A stretch of DNA of 64,000 nucleotides from NCBI RefSeq assembly GCF_009914755.1, contig NC_060934.1, one strand, 5' to 3'. Below, piece by piece: positions 40,738 through 55,216 of the stretch. The notes under the pieces were generated by a model, which was not told the origin of the DNA, ran no database searches, and worked only from the letters and a program-made list of their open reading frames with translations. Position numbers and translations under genes: made by a program. The number at the start of each line of letters is the position of its first letter. Position 1 is the stretch's first letter. The DNA is from the human T2T-CHM13v2.0 reference genome, Homo sapiens.

Positions 40738-41930
40738 CTTAAAAAAAAAAATAAAAGAAATTACTCATTCTAGAATCAAGTTTTGTGTTGTGATCACAAC
40801 CTCCGAAAATGAAAACAATGGTGGTGGTTTCAGTACTTAAATTCTGAAAGCAAATAAAACTATGAGGCTTTATGTTAATCATGCAAATTCATCCTGGGCT
40901 GAATTATTAAATGCAGCTAAAAAGATGCAGGTGGCCAATGACTCCTCTCGGGGAATACCAGTGGGGTAAAATGCCTTCACTTTATTAGGCGGATTCACAG
41001 CTGTTTATTGCACATGGAAGAACTTATTTGATGGCTGCGCTTAAAGCAAGAAAATAGAGTTAAGTGTGTTGTTTGTGAGTGAGGCTTCGCCTTTTCCCCC
41101 CTTGTGTTTGAGAAGAAAACAGTCAAACGGAAGGCACTGAGGGTGTACGGGGCCCGAGTGGCTGGAGCTGAGTGCCCAGAGAGGCAAGGTCATGGACATG
41201 GGCCCGTGAGAGCTGCACAGAAACAGACTTCGTCCACATTGCCCCCAGCCCAGCTGCCGACCTTGTGCCCTGTCCTGGGGGTGTCTGAAAAACCAGCCCA
41301 GAGACCTGTGGCAGCACTCATTGGAAAATGCCACAAGAACTATGACATGCGCAGCATGGCCACTGCTTCTGGAGTGAGGTGGTTCGAGTGCCAGATGCTC
41401 TGCTCGTTCACATACAGAATGCCTTGCTTACAAATGTTCCTGAAGGTCAAGGCTACACTTCCCATTTCAAGGAGGATACTAGGGTTCAGAGATGTTGCGT
41501 CATTTTTCGGTGTCACACAGGAAATAAGCAGCGCAGGCAGGAGCAGGACCCTACTTTAGTGGACCGCTGAATCCATGCTGTTCTCATAGACCCAGCTGTC
41601 CAACAGACAGAGGCATGACCCCTCCCCACATCCTTAGCCCTTACTGAGTTAGCATGACAGGCCGAGGTGCACGGTGGTTCCATAAGGGGGAAGAAGAGAC
41701 AACTTCACAGCCACCATCTAAAAGTAAGTGACATGACTAGCCCTCTATTAAAATGACCTCTATGTCTCAGGCCAGCCTGGTCTTGTCACCTTGCTGGCCT
41801 CCACTGCTGTTCACTGGATGAAAGAGTGAAGGAATCAAATTCTTCATACATTATGCTATGAACAACTAACAGGTAATCATGTGTAAGAACAACAAAAAAC
41901 AATCTCTGCAGCATTTGATTTAGGTGGGAC

Positions 41931-42141
41931 CAGAGTTTCTAAATCCTGGCACTACTGGTATTTCAGGATGGATCATTTGCTGTTGGAGGGGCTTTGCTGT
42001 GCGGTGCAGGGTGGTCAGCAGTCCCTGGCTTCTCCCCACTGAAGAAGTAGCACCGCTCCCTCCCAGTGTGACAACTAGAAATGTCTCCAGCCATTACCAG
42101 ATGAGCCTGGGAGCAGAGTCTTGCCTGGCAGAGAACCACTG
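41931..42141. mobile_element. MER20 DNA transposon fossil
   Basis: cagagtttctaaatcctggcactact...gtgacaactagaaatgtctccag...gagaaccactg, similar to the copy at 16.2 kb. Confidence 0.85.
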
Positions 42142-43439
42142 CATTAGCCCTTGCACCTCTGGATGCCTCGGGCTCTTGTTCGATTATCCTATAGTGTGTC
42201 CTGAAAGGTGAGGCTTGCGTAGACAGCAAAGGAAGTCCTTGGTGCTTTACTAGGTGCTGGGGGTATTTGGAGATTGCTGCAATTTGAAACTTGAAAAACT
42301 GGGCAGTTTTAGAGAGGAGAGAAAAGGCAAGAAACAGACTGGAGATGCACCAATATCTTGGCCCCGTTTGGGATGGCTAGATGATAGGTGGAAGGAGGGA
42401 CAAGGCGTGCCTGCTCAGGAGAAAGCATCGATGGCTTTTAGAGATTCTTATCCCAGCAGGTTAAACAGATGCACACAAGACAGCTTGGTGTGGGGGACAG
42501 TATGGGTAGCAGTGGGGGTGGAATAAGAAAATTAAATCTTAACCTTCACTCTGATCTCCTATTCATTCTTTAACTGCCTTTGTTGTCCAGGTATGTCAGA
42601 ATGTATTGTGCCATCATTCTGCAGAAGACCTTCATACTAGGGAAAATTTGAAAGAGAGAGCATTTTTACAAAAAGCAATTTACTAGTAATTTATCAGCCT
42701 TTTCCCTGCTACTTCTGAAAAATGTGTGTCTGAATAAGTTTGTCCTGCCATGCTATTCATCATCACCATTTGCTAGGGACTGCACTGAAATAATTTTCTT
42801 ACATCAGTTGGCTGGGGTAAGAAATATTCTAGGTCTTGGACGCAACCATCAAACTAATACAACAAATCAGAAGAATTAATTGCTGGTGGCCAAATAATAA
42901 TAAAAAATTCTAAGCTCTTCTCTGTTTTATAGAGGGTTGCTGGTACATAAAAATCATTTCGTTGTTAGTAAAAAAATGATGGTAATACTTAGGATTTTTA
43001 ATCACTTTAGTTTGTTATTGCTGACTTAAAAAACAGTAATAGTAATTGAGTTCTTATTCTCTGATAGGGAAAACACCAAGGAATTTTTGTGGCTGGTTTA
43101 TTTTGGCTTCAAATGAGGTTATGAGTTCTTTCTGACGGCTGGATGACATTTTCTAAAGCTTTAAAATTGAATTTCTGGACATTAAGAATTACTAAGGTGG
43201 ACACATCTTTTCGGGGTGTTCATTTGCTCTTTATTGGGGGTGGAGGGTAAGGCTTACAGTGATTACCATTAAGAAAATGATTTTGTTATGAAAGGAAATG
43301 GGGCATTCTACAGAGGACTTTCCCTAAGACAAGTGGAACCTTCTCCCACACTATTTCATTCATCATTCCTTCATGCATTTATTCAGCAAGTGAATGTACA
43401 TATGTTACAGTGTAGCATTAACATTCAGTAAGCATGCAG

Positions 43440-43690
43440 TTAAGTGCTCCTATGTGCTAATCAAATGTCACCATTCCCCTATGCATAGCAGTTGTGTTTT
43501 CTAGATTTGATCCTCATCATATCCTTACAAGGCAGCCACTATTGATACCCTCATACTGCAGATTGAGAAACCGAGGCACACGATTTTGGGATTTTTTGCA
43601 ACTTGCTCAGAGTGAGGAGGCTAGTGGGCCACACCCATTGAAACAGCTGAATCCGTTTGAATCACATGCCCTAACCCACTACCCCTGCTC
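43440..43690 (-). mobile_element. MIR fragment
   Basis: tttgatcctcatcatatcc...tgcagattgagaaaccgaggcac...aacttgctcagag. Confidence 0.6.
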
Positions 43691-44269
43691 AAGGAACTCT
43701 GTAACTTGAAGTGATCCATGATAAACTTGAAAACATCAAACAACTGAAACTCATCTGAGCAATGCCCTTGTCTTGTTCCCACAGTGTATCTGGGTGCTGG
43801 TTAGGCAAGGACATCCAGGTAGTTCCGGTAACACAGTGGGTGTTGGAGCACTGAGTGAATGTTGCCTTGAATTCTGGACTGAGCATGAAGCTGCAATAGG
43901 ATTCTTCATGATGGCTTGCCTTGGCTGGGTCACCCTAGAGAACCATGGACTCTGGTTTGGGGAGCTGATCTCTTGGCTCTAAAGCAGCAGGAGTTCATAA
44001 AGTTTATTTTTCTTAAGAAAATTGTGTTTTAGAATTCATTGGACTGTGCTGTCTTGAGGTGAAAATGGCTAGTCATGGTTGTGCCTGTTTGGCTCGAGAG
44101 AGCTAGATGTCGAGGAGCTGTTTGGAATATAAATGTCTTAATTACCCTCAAATTAAATTTCATAATCAAAGTGAGCTGTAAATACATAAACCCTGCATTT
44201 TTAGATTAGTGACGGAGAACCATCTCTGCATGCTGCTTTAAATTAATGGCTGATATGAAAATGTGCATT

Positions 44270-44500
44270 CCAACTTAAATAAGTGAAAAATGGAAGCAAC
44301 TTAATGGCTAACAATAGGTAAACAGTTAAGTAAATTATGGTTTACATTCACTCTGGGCGGCCATTAAAAGGATAATTATAGAGATTATTTAGTATCATAG
44401 AAAAACACGAAATAATGTTAAGTGAAACAAAGCAGTCTACAAATTATACTGGAAAAAAATGAACAAAAACGGTCATCGTTGTGGTATTAAGATAGCACAT
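44270..44500 (+). mobile_element. Old L1 (L1ME-like) fragment
   Basis: aaaatggaagcaacttaatgg...aataggtaaacagttaagtaaattatgg...gccattaaaa...aatgttaagtgaaa. Confidence 0.55.
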
Positions 44501-47500
44501 TCGGAGAGATTTATTTTTCCTTCTGTTTTCCAATTTGGGGAGAATGGAGGGAGGTACAGCGTCGTTCTGGTTTTGCCAATGAAAATAACACAAGGTAAAA
44601 TCTAATCCACACCTGAAGCAGGCCTCTGGAAGGCATAACCACTAGTATCAGAATAAGAAAAACCCAGAAATGATGAGATGGGGCTATAAGTAGTTTGTCA
44701 AAGGTCATCTTTTATTGTTTTGAGGGAGCCCTGATAAAGAATGAAAATGAATTTCAAGTGTGTATATGTATGTATATATGCATAGGTATATACGTGCCTG
44801 CGTATGTATTTGGCTATGTATAGTTAAATGTTTAGCAGAAGATATGTCAATATTTGAGCAAACGTACTGTAAGGAAGGAAGTTAGCATCTGTTTTAATTA
44901 GAAATAAAACAGACTCAATAGTCTGAAGGCAATTTTGTGGGGTTCCATTAGCTGCCAAGAGAAACTCTCCATTGGATTCTGTCCATTCTTAAAATGTCCG
45001 TGCTGATTTGCAGGTTTGCAGTTTGACCCTGTGATGGGATTTGTGGGGGAAGATGCAGGCAGCTGCCAGTCTGACCGAGACACCTCCCAGGGCCCAGCAG
45101 TCTCCGCATATAGTAAGATAGCTAGGCAAGCAGTCAGAGGAGTGCCACAAGGGATTGTATGAAATTATGGGTTTTCCTAGTGGCTTTCTCACTGTTCAGA
45201 CACCTTGGAGTCAAAGATGCTGGTGGGGATTCAAGATGAACTGGGTCAGCATTTTCTTCCATATGCCAAGGGGGTGCCTGAACATGAGGCTACTCAGAAT
45301 GGGAGAATGGTGAAAATGAACATCCCATTCTTCACCACCGGCTTCCACCGGAAGGGGAGGTAAAATAGAACCTCACTCACTAAATGAAGTCACTCACATT
45401 GTGAAATAGTTAACTTAGAGACCTGTTTCATAGGTGCCAATTGAGTCTTCAGAACTGGAAGTCCTCTTTTCCTTGGGGCAAAGCCAGCTGCCATAGATGG
45501 TGGACTGTGTCTTAGATTCATTATCCGGTTTAATTTTCTTTATATAGTGAAATGTTATTTTTTCCCTACATTTGTTGTTTTCAGCAGAGGTCACTGATGA
45601 GGACCAAAAAGGGGTGACTGGATGAATTCAGACACCCTTGTGTGACTGAGCAATGCGTGAGGAACTGTTTTCTTGCAGAACTATGGCTCCTTGGAGGAAA
45701 CACGGAGATGGCACGCCCCGTTCCCTCGATGTGTAGAATATTGCAGTGAAACCTCTGTCATTAAGAACTGATGACCACCTAGTCCAAAGCAGGGAAAAGG
45801 GGCACTCACAGAGGTTAAATGTAGGCATCGAGGCAGAAGAAAACCTATCTTAGGTTCAGCCCCCACTCATGCATATCTGCGGTTTTAGAAAACACTCTTA
45901 ACGAACAAAAAAACCTATGGTCAGTTGCTTTAGCCACATAATGTAAACCACAAAGGCTCACACTGGCCTACTTCGGGGAGTGAGAACAAAGGAGGGCAAG
46001 CATGCATGCTTGGGGCTTGGTGCTTGGTGCTCATGTTTTAAAAGAACCAGGGAATGGCCCTCTTAAATGGTCCAGACTTTTAATTTATGTTTCACTACCC
46101 AGTTCTTTGATTTTCAGCTTATGTTGATGTTAACCTTTGCTCATCCTGCTACATTCATAGAGATGAATTACCAAAATTTTATGATGTTGGTGAAAATCAA
46201 CTGGAAAATATGCCTCCTTGAAATGAGACATTATGTCAATGTAAAAAAAGTTTTATTTGCAGCAGTTAGCTATGCCAGCTAATAATGGCCAAAAGGAGTT
46301 CAGTACAGTTGGTTCCAACAACTCACCAAAATCACCTGTGAGATTGGTAAAAGGAACTAATTTCCCTGCCTCCCTGTTTCCCATCATCATGACAGTGACA
46401 GAGTGTGAGACAGGAGGGCTGTGCTTTGAACACAGCTCATGAGTACCTTTAGTTACGATAGCAGGTGTCCCACTGACCCTGGAGGCTTCCTGGTGATGAA
46501 GCAACAATCAGCTGGTAGTTTGGGGCCCATCAGAGGCGGGAGTTGGCAGGACACAGAAGAGGTGGTCTCCCTTTTTTAGACTTAGTGGGAATCTCACTCA
46601 CATGAAAACACAAAGATACATACTAGAATGTACTTGGGGAGTGCTTTGCCTTCCTGATTATGCTGAATCTTTTTTTTTTTTTTTTTTTTTTTAACTAAAC
46701 AGCATGTTTTGACTCATGATTTATCTGAAACTAAAACTAGGACATTGATTTTTTTCCCCCCTAAAAATGACTTATATCAAAGGAGTCTGTTTTCCCTGAC
46801 ACTTCCCAGTCTTATTTGAGGATACCCTATTGGAACAATCAGGGCAGGATATCTGCTTGGAGGTAATGGTCACTACAATGGAAGTCATTTAGAGTTGAAG
46901 ATGCAGTCTGTCTTTCTGGCAAGGCCATGGGAATGCCCATCAACTCGACCATCAGAATGGATCCCTCTTGTATTTTCATCGTAGTATGAAAATGCCACAA
47001 TGTTTCTTTGGTTTGGCCAAATCCTAAACTTTGCATGGTCTTCGGTTCACTGCAGAGGTAGCTGTGCCAGGAAGAAAAGGAGACTTGAGCATTTCTTGTA
47101 ATGAGCTTCTATTCCTAAGCTGATAGCCAAATGTAGAGAAAATAACCTGCACTTGGGGTCCATGTACACAATCCTAACCGAAGTCTGCAGAAAGAGTTAG
47201 TGCTTGTAATCTTCTCGGCCCTCATACAGTTTGCAGTTCATGGCCTAGTCTGAAAAGACTGTCTTGGTTTGAATGAGCTATTCATTGCAAGTGTGCACAG
47301 AGCGAAATTTTAGCATTCATAACACAAAATGTCATTTTTGTTGGGGGGCTGGTGAAGAGAAAATAAACAAAAGGTCTATATATTGTATACTTGAAACTGT
47401 ATATTTTATTCCTTAAAAATCTACCTCTTATCAATCCTGGTGTTACTCTGCCAGGTTAGTTGGTTGTTTAATTTTTCCCTTGACCAGCAGCTGTTGTGAA

Positions 47501-48807
47501 CCTCTGTCTTCTCTGTGCATGATAATAAGTAGCTACTTTTTAAAAACATGAAACCATATCCTTCCCTCACAAAGTTTCATCTAATGTCTTCGAAGGTTTA
47601 TCTCTTTGTGCATGAAAAACTTGGCAGTGTCTCTGGTAATCTGGAGGAGGAGGACTCAGTGGTCTTTCTTGGGAAGCAGTCTGACATGATGTAATGCCTG
47701 AGACCCAAGGGTGGCCTGGACTCAACCCAGCAACACAGCTACTGTGCTTACCCCAGCTGAGCTTGGAGCAAAAGACACCCCATGTTAAAGGCAGGACTGG
47801 ACTTGGTTTGCATTGGGGTCACGAGACCCATCTCCAACTTAGTAGATTCTGTCAGTATTTTTATGCTGAAGGCTTCCAACAAGTGCTGCCAACGGCTTGC
47901 TCAATTCATTCCCCCCCCAGTCTAATCCCCCAAATCAGTCGTCACCATGCCCTATTCGTTTTTGTTTTTCCTTCCTGTTGCTTCTCCTACTGATTTCTTC
48001 CCTTTAGTTCCACACTGTTCCCACCCTGATCTTGGCCTTCATAACTCTCCTGCCCTCAGCTCTCCATTCCCCCATGCCCCACCCCCGTCCCCCATCCTGC
48101 AGGTCCTGCTAGTCTTGGCTTCAAGTGCACACGTCGCTTCTCTGTGCATATACCTGGATACATCCCAGTTGGTAGCACTTCCAAAGAGTCTCTTATTATA
48201 AGATCATCTATACTTTTTCCTACCTGCTCATCTTTCTAGATTTCTCTTGGCTACTCAGAAATGCTCCATCTGCTGACTTCCATTAAGCCATTTCCTGCAC
48301 TGTCTCCTGAACACACCATGGTCAGTCTCTACTTTGTGTCTTCACTTCCACTGGTTCATTTTCCAGGACCGCGCCCTGGTCCTCCTTCCTCATGGATAGT
48401 CTGTGTTTGGTGGTCTAGATCTAGTCTTATCTTCTATGCCTTCTCCAGTCCTTACCTGTCACCTTCATTTACTCACTGAACAGTGCATGCCTGGGGTGAC
48501 CTAGGCACCATACTGGATGCTGGGCACACAGGAAAAAACAAGGCATACTCTTTGGCAGTGTCTAGTCCAGCAGGAGAGAGACACGTTGATGCCTGACACC
48601 AGTCCACTGTGCACAAGACCATGTAAGAGGAGGGAAGTACTGAGAGTGCTCCCTGGGGAGTCAGGGTAGGCTCTACCTGGGAGGTGTGCAAGAGCAGGCC
48701 TGAAGGATGCTCACTTTGCTTTGCTTTGTGTCGGTTTTCTCTCCTTAACACAAATATAAGTGTTCTGTGGAGTAGGTCCCTCTAAGTCTTCCTCCTATGC
48801 TCAGTCA

Positions 48808-49142
<335 letters not shown>

Positions 49143-49773
49143 TTAGCTGAGATACAGCAAGAAGACTTAGGATGAGTGTACAATATTAATGGCTTCCAAG
49201 GAGTCTTTTTACATTATCTGGATCCTCACATTAGGTAGAACCTGGCTGTATAATGAAACATGAGTAGGAATTAGAGAAGTGGAAAGGAGAAGGGATAGTT
49301 TTGTTCGTTGAGGTAAAACCATATCCAGAGATCTTTATCTTCTGAACTTTGGCATGACTACCTTGAGTGGTTGTTGTACAAATGTTTCCGGTGCTGATGG
49401 GAGAGAAGGAGATGGCACACACACTCACAAAAATGAGTAGATGGCACAGAAATGGTACAGGTTCTATATTTAACCATGCAGTATATTGGGGCCCCATACT
49501 GTTGTAGAAAATGTGACTTGCTAGGAATTATCAGAAGGTTTGTTCTTATATTACTCAACTTTCTTCTTGGGTACTCCCAAGATATGGTAGTGGCAAAATA
49601 AATTGAGTTTAATTAAAAAATCTCAATAGCTTGGAATAACAACGTTTTAGAGCATGGCACCTTTCCTAAACTCAGTTGTCTAATCTGCTCTAGAGGATGA
49701 ATCACTGGCTTTCAGAGGGAAAAAAACAATAGAGGGTCTGGGGCATACCCAGGGTTCTAGTGACTTCCAAGGG

Positions 49774-50222
49774 TGTATTAGTCCATTCTCACACTGCTAT
49801 GAAGAAATGCCTGAGACTGGGTTATTTATAAAGGACAGGTGTTTAACGGACTCTCCGTTCTGCATTGCTGGGGAGGCCTCAAGAAACTTAAAATCATGGC
49901 AGAAGGCAAAGGAGAAGCAGGCACCTTCTTCACAAGGCTGCAGGACTGAATGAGCGCAAGCAGGGGAAATGCCAGACACTAGACATGGTGGTGCGTGCCT
50001 GTAATCCCAGCTACTTGGGAGGCTCTCCTTAACACATCCGATAGACAACCATCAGATCTCCTGCGATTTCACTCACAATCATGATAACAGCATGGGAGAA
50101 ACCGCCCCCCCCCCCCCCCCCATCCAGTTACCTCCACCCAGTTCCACCCTTGACACATGGGGATTATGGAGATTACAATTGGAGGTGAGATTTGGGTGGG
50201 GACAGAGAGCCAAACCGTATCA
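49774..50222 (-). mobile_element. ERVL-MaLR solo LTR (MSTA/THE1-like) with an internal insertion
   Basis: Termini tgtattagtccattctcacactgct...agagccaaaccgtatca are typical of a reverse MST/THE1 LTR. 5-bp flanks aaggg/gaggg. Confidence 0.9.
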
Positions 50223-51310
50223 GAGGGGCATAAACATATGAATGAAATAGCTTTCATTTTCCTGTTCTTTAGACTGAGAACAATGAATATAAAATTATAC
50301 TAAATAAGGAAGCGCAGTACTTAGGAATCTCATGCCACACTGCTGTTGTCCATTGAGATGAACGTGGAGAGGAAGGAGAAGGGCAATGGGGATGTATAAA
50401 GAGAGAGAGGTTGTTAGGGGAACGGTGAGTCGAGAGAAATGCACAGACAAACAGACACATGCACACACAGATACAGGAGGGGAAGGGGATGTGTGCTGGA
50501 ACATAAGTCCAGGTCAGCTGTGGGACATCTGTGGGCTGTTCCTTGAATCAGGCACATAGAGTTTTGATAGCCTTCAGCCATGACTCCCAGCGTTTTGGTT
50601 GCTCTTAAAGGGCCAGTTGCAGCAACCCCATCTCCTGTCCAGAAGGGAACGTGACAATTCACCCCGGGGCAAAACAAGAGCCCAGGCTCGGGCAGGCACC
50701 CAAAGCAGGACATCATACAGTTTCCTGTTCTATGAAGCACCCAACACATAACACATTAAGTGTTAAACTCAATGAAGAGTCCCATTTTCAGCAAATATTC
50801 CTGCGTTTGCCTCTATCTTTTTATCTCTCCAGCACCTCCTTGGAACAGATGCCCTGCTACTTTACAAGGCTTGTGGAAAAGAGAAAGAGAACAGTAGCAA
50901 AAGCCTGTGTAGTTCATGAATAGAAGTTAGCATCGTAGTGAGTAAGCAGTACTGATGATCTGTGAAATGATTCTCTGTGGACTTGAGCATGCTAAAAAGA
51001 TCTTGAAAAAGGAAAACATAAATCTTTCCAAAACCTCACATGACCCCTGTATGCTTTCGCCTTCTTGAAGCTTTGGAGGAGAGCATAGGTGTGGATGAAA
51101 TGGAGTCTTTTAAAAGTTGTTTTGGTTTTTGTTTTTGTGTGTGGGTTTTTAAAGAGAGCATATCCTGCCACGTAGAAGAAAATCCAGGGGGTGGCTGTCC
51201 TCCTACAGGAAGGAGGTAAACAAGCATTTTTCCTTAAGGGCTCTATTCCCTCAGCCTCGCTCCCTCGAAGGCCACACTTGGAGGCCAGGAAGTTAATCCA
51301 TTAAAAAACA

Positions 51311-51408
51311 AGGAGAAGAAAGAGAGAAAGAAAGAAAGAAAGAGAGAAAGAGAGAAAGAAAGAAAAGAGAGAGAAAAGCAAGCAAGCAAGCAAGCAAAAG
51401 CAAAAGCA
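51311..51408. repeat. Compound purine-rich microsatellite (GAAA/GA)n grading into (GCAA)n
   Basis: Directly visible: a pure-purine tract followed by GCAA and GCAAAA units. Confidence 0.9.
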
Positions 51409-52224
51409 TATTGGTCTCTACCCCAGTCCAGGTAAATCAGAACTTCTGGAGGATGGAGACTGGGTTCCACTGTTTGTTTTAAATACCTAATATAATTTTA
51501 ATAATGCACATACGATAAAGAACCACTGGCCTTCTTCCTTTATCTTTTTCACCCTTTGTTGTCTTCTATTTCCTGCTGTATCTCCAAAGCTTAGAGAAGT
51601 TTGTGGCATACAAAAAGTACCCAGAAATATTGACTGAACGAAGGGCTTAATGAATGAGTGAATGTCACGGGGGAGCAGGGAGGTTGAGCCCCTTCCATTT
51701 TTTTCTAGAATGAACCTGGACATCAGCCAGGTGTTGGGATGATCACCAGCAGATCCCACACAGGCCCACAGAGTGTCTGTGCCCTGGCCTGGCTGGGCTG
51801 TGCTGTGCACAAACAGATGGGGTGGATTCATGTTCCACAGAGGAGAGAGCTAGTGGCCAGTTATTGTCATGGATGAAAATCCAGGTCTTTCACAACATCC
51901 ATTAATTATGGGATGGCAAATTCCAAGTAAATTGTCACTGAGCAGACCCATAGTAGGAATAGGGCATATTCACACTTTTTTTTATGTATATATATTTCTG
52001 GTTGGAGACGCAAAACATTTAGAATTCTGTTCCCTTCTAGAAATTCCATGGCTTGGTGCAGCTCTTTTCAACCATGGATCTGGGGTTTGAGACCAGTCAT
52101 TCGTACATTGACAGTCTTTGCACAGTGAATAACTCTGGAATTTCTGCATTAGAGAGGGGGTGCTCAAGGTCTTCCCATGCTACCATGGTTTGCTAACGTG
52201 GTTAATTTCTGGCCGTAGTCCTTA

Positions 52225-52580
52225 CGAACTGGGGCTTTGAGACCACCTGCTTGGATTTGAGTTCTGGCCCTTCCCCTCCACTTAATAGCCCAGAACTCTG
52301 GGCAAGTGATCTAACCTGGGAGAGCAAAGATCAGAAAAGGTAACACTTGTGTATAACACTCAGCACAAGCTAGGTACCGTTCTGTGCTTTGTGTATGTCT
52401 GAACCTTTCATTCTCCAAACACCCTCTGAAGGAGAAATTACTATTTGTAATAAAGATGGGGAAACAGAGGCACAGGTAGTGGAGTCACATGCCAAAGGTC
52501 ACACAGATACTGGCAGAGCCAGGAGGGCAAAGGAGGACAGCCTGGCCTGGAGCCTGTTACCGCACCACCACGCTGCACTC
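52225..52580. mobile_element. MIR fragments (two, in opposite orientations)
   Basis: ggctttgagaccacctgcttggatttgagttctggcc...ctgggcaagtgatctaacct, then aaagatggggaaacagaggcacag...gccaaaggtcacacag. Confidence 0.6.
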
Positions 52581-55090
52581 CACTGTGAGCTGGGTCAGGG
52601 CTCAGGTGGTCGGCTCCTAGGAAGCGCTCAGTACACAGCCCTGGTGATGAAGTGGATGTACACAAAGACAGCACACCTTGGGATGTGTTGTGCATGTGGA
52701 TGACACTGGATGCAGGACCTACGAGACACAAGCTTGAGAATCACCACCAGAAGGTTCCAACCTTGAGTGGCTGATTAAAAACTGTACGGTTGTCTTAGAC
52801 TTATACTTTAAAGCTGCATTTGCTAGTGGTCACTCTCACTGACTCTTCAGATACAGTTAGAACTGATGCTTCCACGTGGAATTATTTTAAATAATTACTA
52901 GGAGTGAGTTGGGGTCCAGTCTCTGCCACTCACTCAGTAGTTGACCTGCCCAGTGCAGTGTGGGGCCAACCCTGCCAGTGAGCCTGGGCACTCTGTCTGA
53001 GGCTCCAGTGTCCAGCCACCTGCTAACTTCTGTCATTCAGCCTCACCCTGGGTGTTTTTGCCACATGGACAAATGTGATAGACACAATAAATAAAGTAGA
53101 TATATATTCAGAATAAATATTATATAGCAAGACTAAAATATAAATAGCAAGTGCAAAACAAATTAAATGAGGATATGAATGACTTCAGTGAAGCCACTGA
53201 GCTAACAACTACCTTTAAAACTAAAACAGTAAGTAATTGAGAAATGCAGTTATCATTGGGCAAGAAGTCAAATGAAAAATACGGTTTGAAAGTGAACAGC
53301 ATATTTTCAGCATTCCTTTAAGTTCACACAGTACGTTTGCACATGGCACATTATCTAAGCTATGGGAGTCTCAAGTGCACGGTTAAGTGGACACTGTGCA
53401 GTGTGATTTACGCAAGGAAAAAAAGACAAAAATAATCTTTATGCAGCGCTGTCATTGATTTTTAAAATGATAAATTGGTGGGTCTGGCACAGAGATCAAT
53501 GGAGTTGAAGTCACGACGTCAAATTGAGATGTGAGGTTAAGGCTGAGAGACAGACATCTCCTTCTCTCATGCTGGCCCGATGAACTCTCCAGTTTTTTTG
53601 GTGAGCTCTGGTGAAAACTCTTTTTAACCCAGAATGTCAGCATTTGGGTTATAAGAACATTAATTTATCTGACTGCAGTGAGATACATTTTCTCAGTTCT
53701 CCTTATTTGCTTCTTTTACCCTAATACTAGGTCACCAAATTCAAAGACATTCTTTCTCTAAAAACTCAACTTCTACCCAACTGAATTTTCACCAAAGGAA
53801 TCGCTGAGGTTGAGTTTGGTGGTAAAGAACCCAACCCTTTGGTGCTTTTTTCTTTTCTAAACACTGCATGGCCAGACGTCAGTACTGTTCAGCCCTGGAA
53901 GCCGTCTTCCTCTTTACTGCCTTCTCACGGTGTTTCCTTTAATTCCTGCTACACAAAAAGTTACAAGTGGAAATGGAAGAAAACAATTCTTTCCCAATCA
54001 GGATTCCCTGAGTTGGTAGCAAAATCACTGGCTAGGTTTGTGTTAGTAGCCTCATTAAATATTTATTAAGCACCTGTTATAGATAGTACTATGCTTAGTC
54101 ATTTAAGGATTTGCGCTGTGAATCGCTTCATCCAATTTCCTCCTATTTCAAAGTATTTCTTGTGGACATTCTAGGAGGTAAGAGATAATGAAAAACTTAT
54201 TTTTTAAATAATATTTCCAGTTGAAAATTCACACTCAAATATTTAATAGAAATCCTATCTTCCCCCCCCCCCCCTCCGTTCCTGCTGGCTCCCAGATTTC
54301 TGTTGCCATTAAAATCCCCCACCGCCTTGCTGGCCTTGGGTAGCATCTTTAATCCCTTCTTTCTATCTTGCCACATTACAAAGACTTGTCTGCCAGAAGG
54401 TTTTACTCATAGCTGCCCCCTAACTTACTTCCCAGTGCTACTGAGACTGGCACATTCTCATCTGTGACACCTTCTGAACTGGTCTCCAACTCCTCTCCTC
54501 TGGTTTGCCTCTAGTTATACCGCCTTAATCTTCTGAGAATATATGTTCTTGTTTCAAACATCAACAGAGGACCCTCTTGCCCTGCTGGTTCCTCCTCAAA
54601 CTGACTCCAGACTATGCCTCCACTCTCTGATTCCAGCACCTCAACCTTTGCTGAATGTCACTTCTCACTCTTCCCATACAAGTCTGTAGCCCTGAGCACC
54701 CTACCACTTGGCTTAAGCTCCAGGACTAATGTCTGCTGGGCTCAGGAGTGCAATCTCAAGCATCACCCACGAAGTGAGCCGGGGCATCACTCTCTGCCTG
54801 TAATCTCCTATCCTGATTCTACCTGGGAGTCTTTAGGCTCCTGCCACTTCCTTGCCACCTCCTCCCCTCCTCCTGGACTTGAGCTTCTTGGAGTCCTCTC
54901 ACTTGGTCTTGTAACACCTTACACATTGCCTTGGCCACTGCTGCAACAGCTCAGTACATATCCACAAATCAGAAGTCCTCTCTGAACAAAGCCATCTGCA
55001 TATCCATCTACCTTCCCTATGCTTGCCCCATTTAAAAATCCCAGGTTTTATATCTTTGCTGCATTTTTTAAGGATGCTAAAATCACTTAC

Positions 55091-55216
55091 TACAAAAATA
55101 AGCAGATTTCACTGTACAAAATGCAGGTAGTAAGAGGTATCTAAAATGTAACCACTAAGTACACATAGAAAAGATTTTTAAAAACATGAAGAAGGACCAT
55201 TGACAAATACAAGATC
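55091..55216 (-). other. INSYN2A: Probable INSYN2A 5' UTR exon 2 (126 nt, or 130 nt with the upstream AG)
   Basis: Acceptor region cccttgttcttctctAGgaAG (AGs at 55222-55221 and 55218-55217) and donor GTA|GTAAGT at 55090. Confidence 0.6.
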
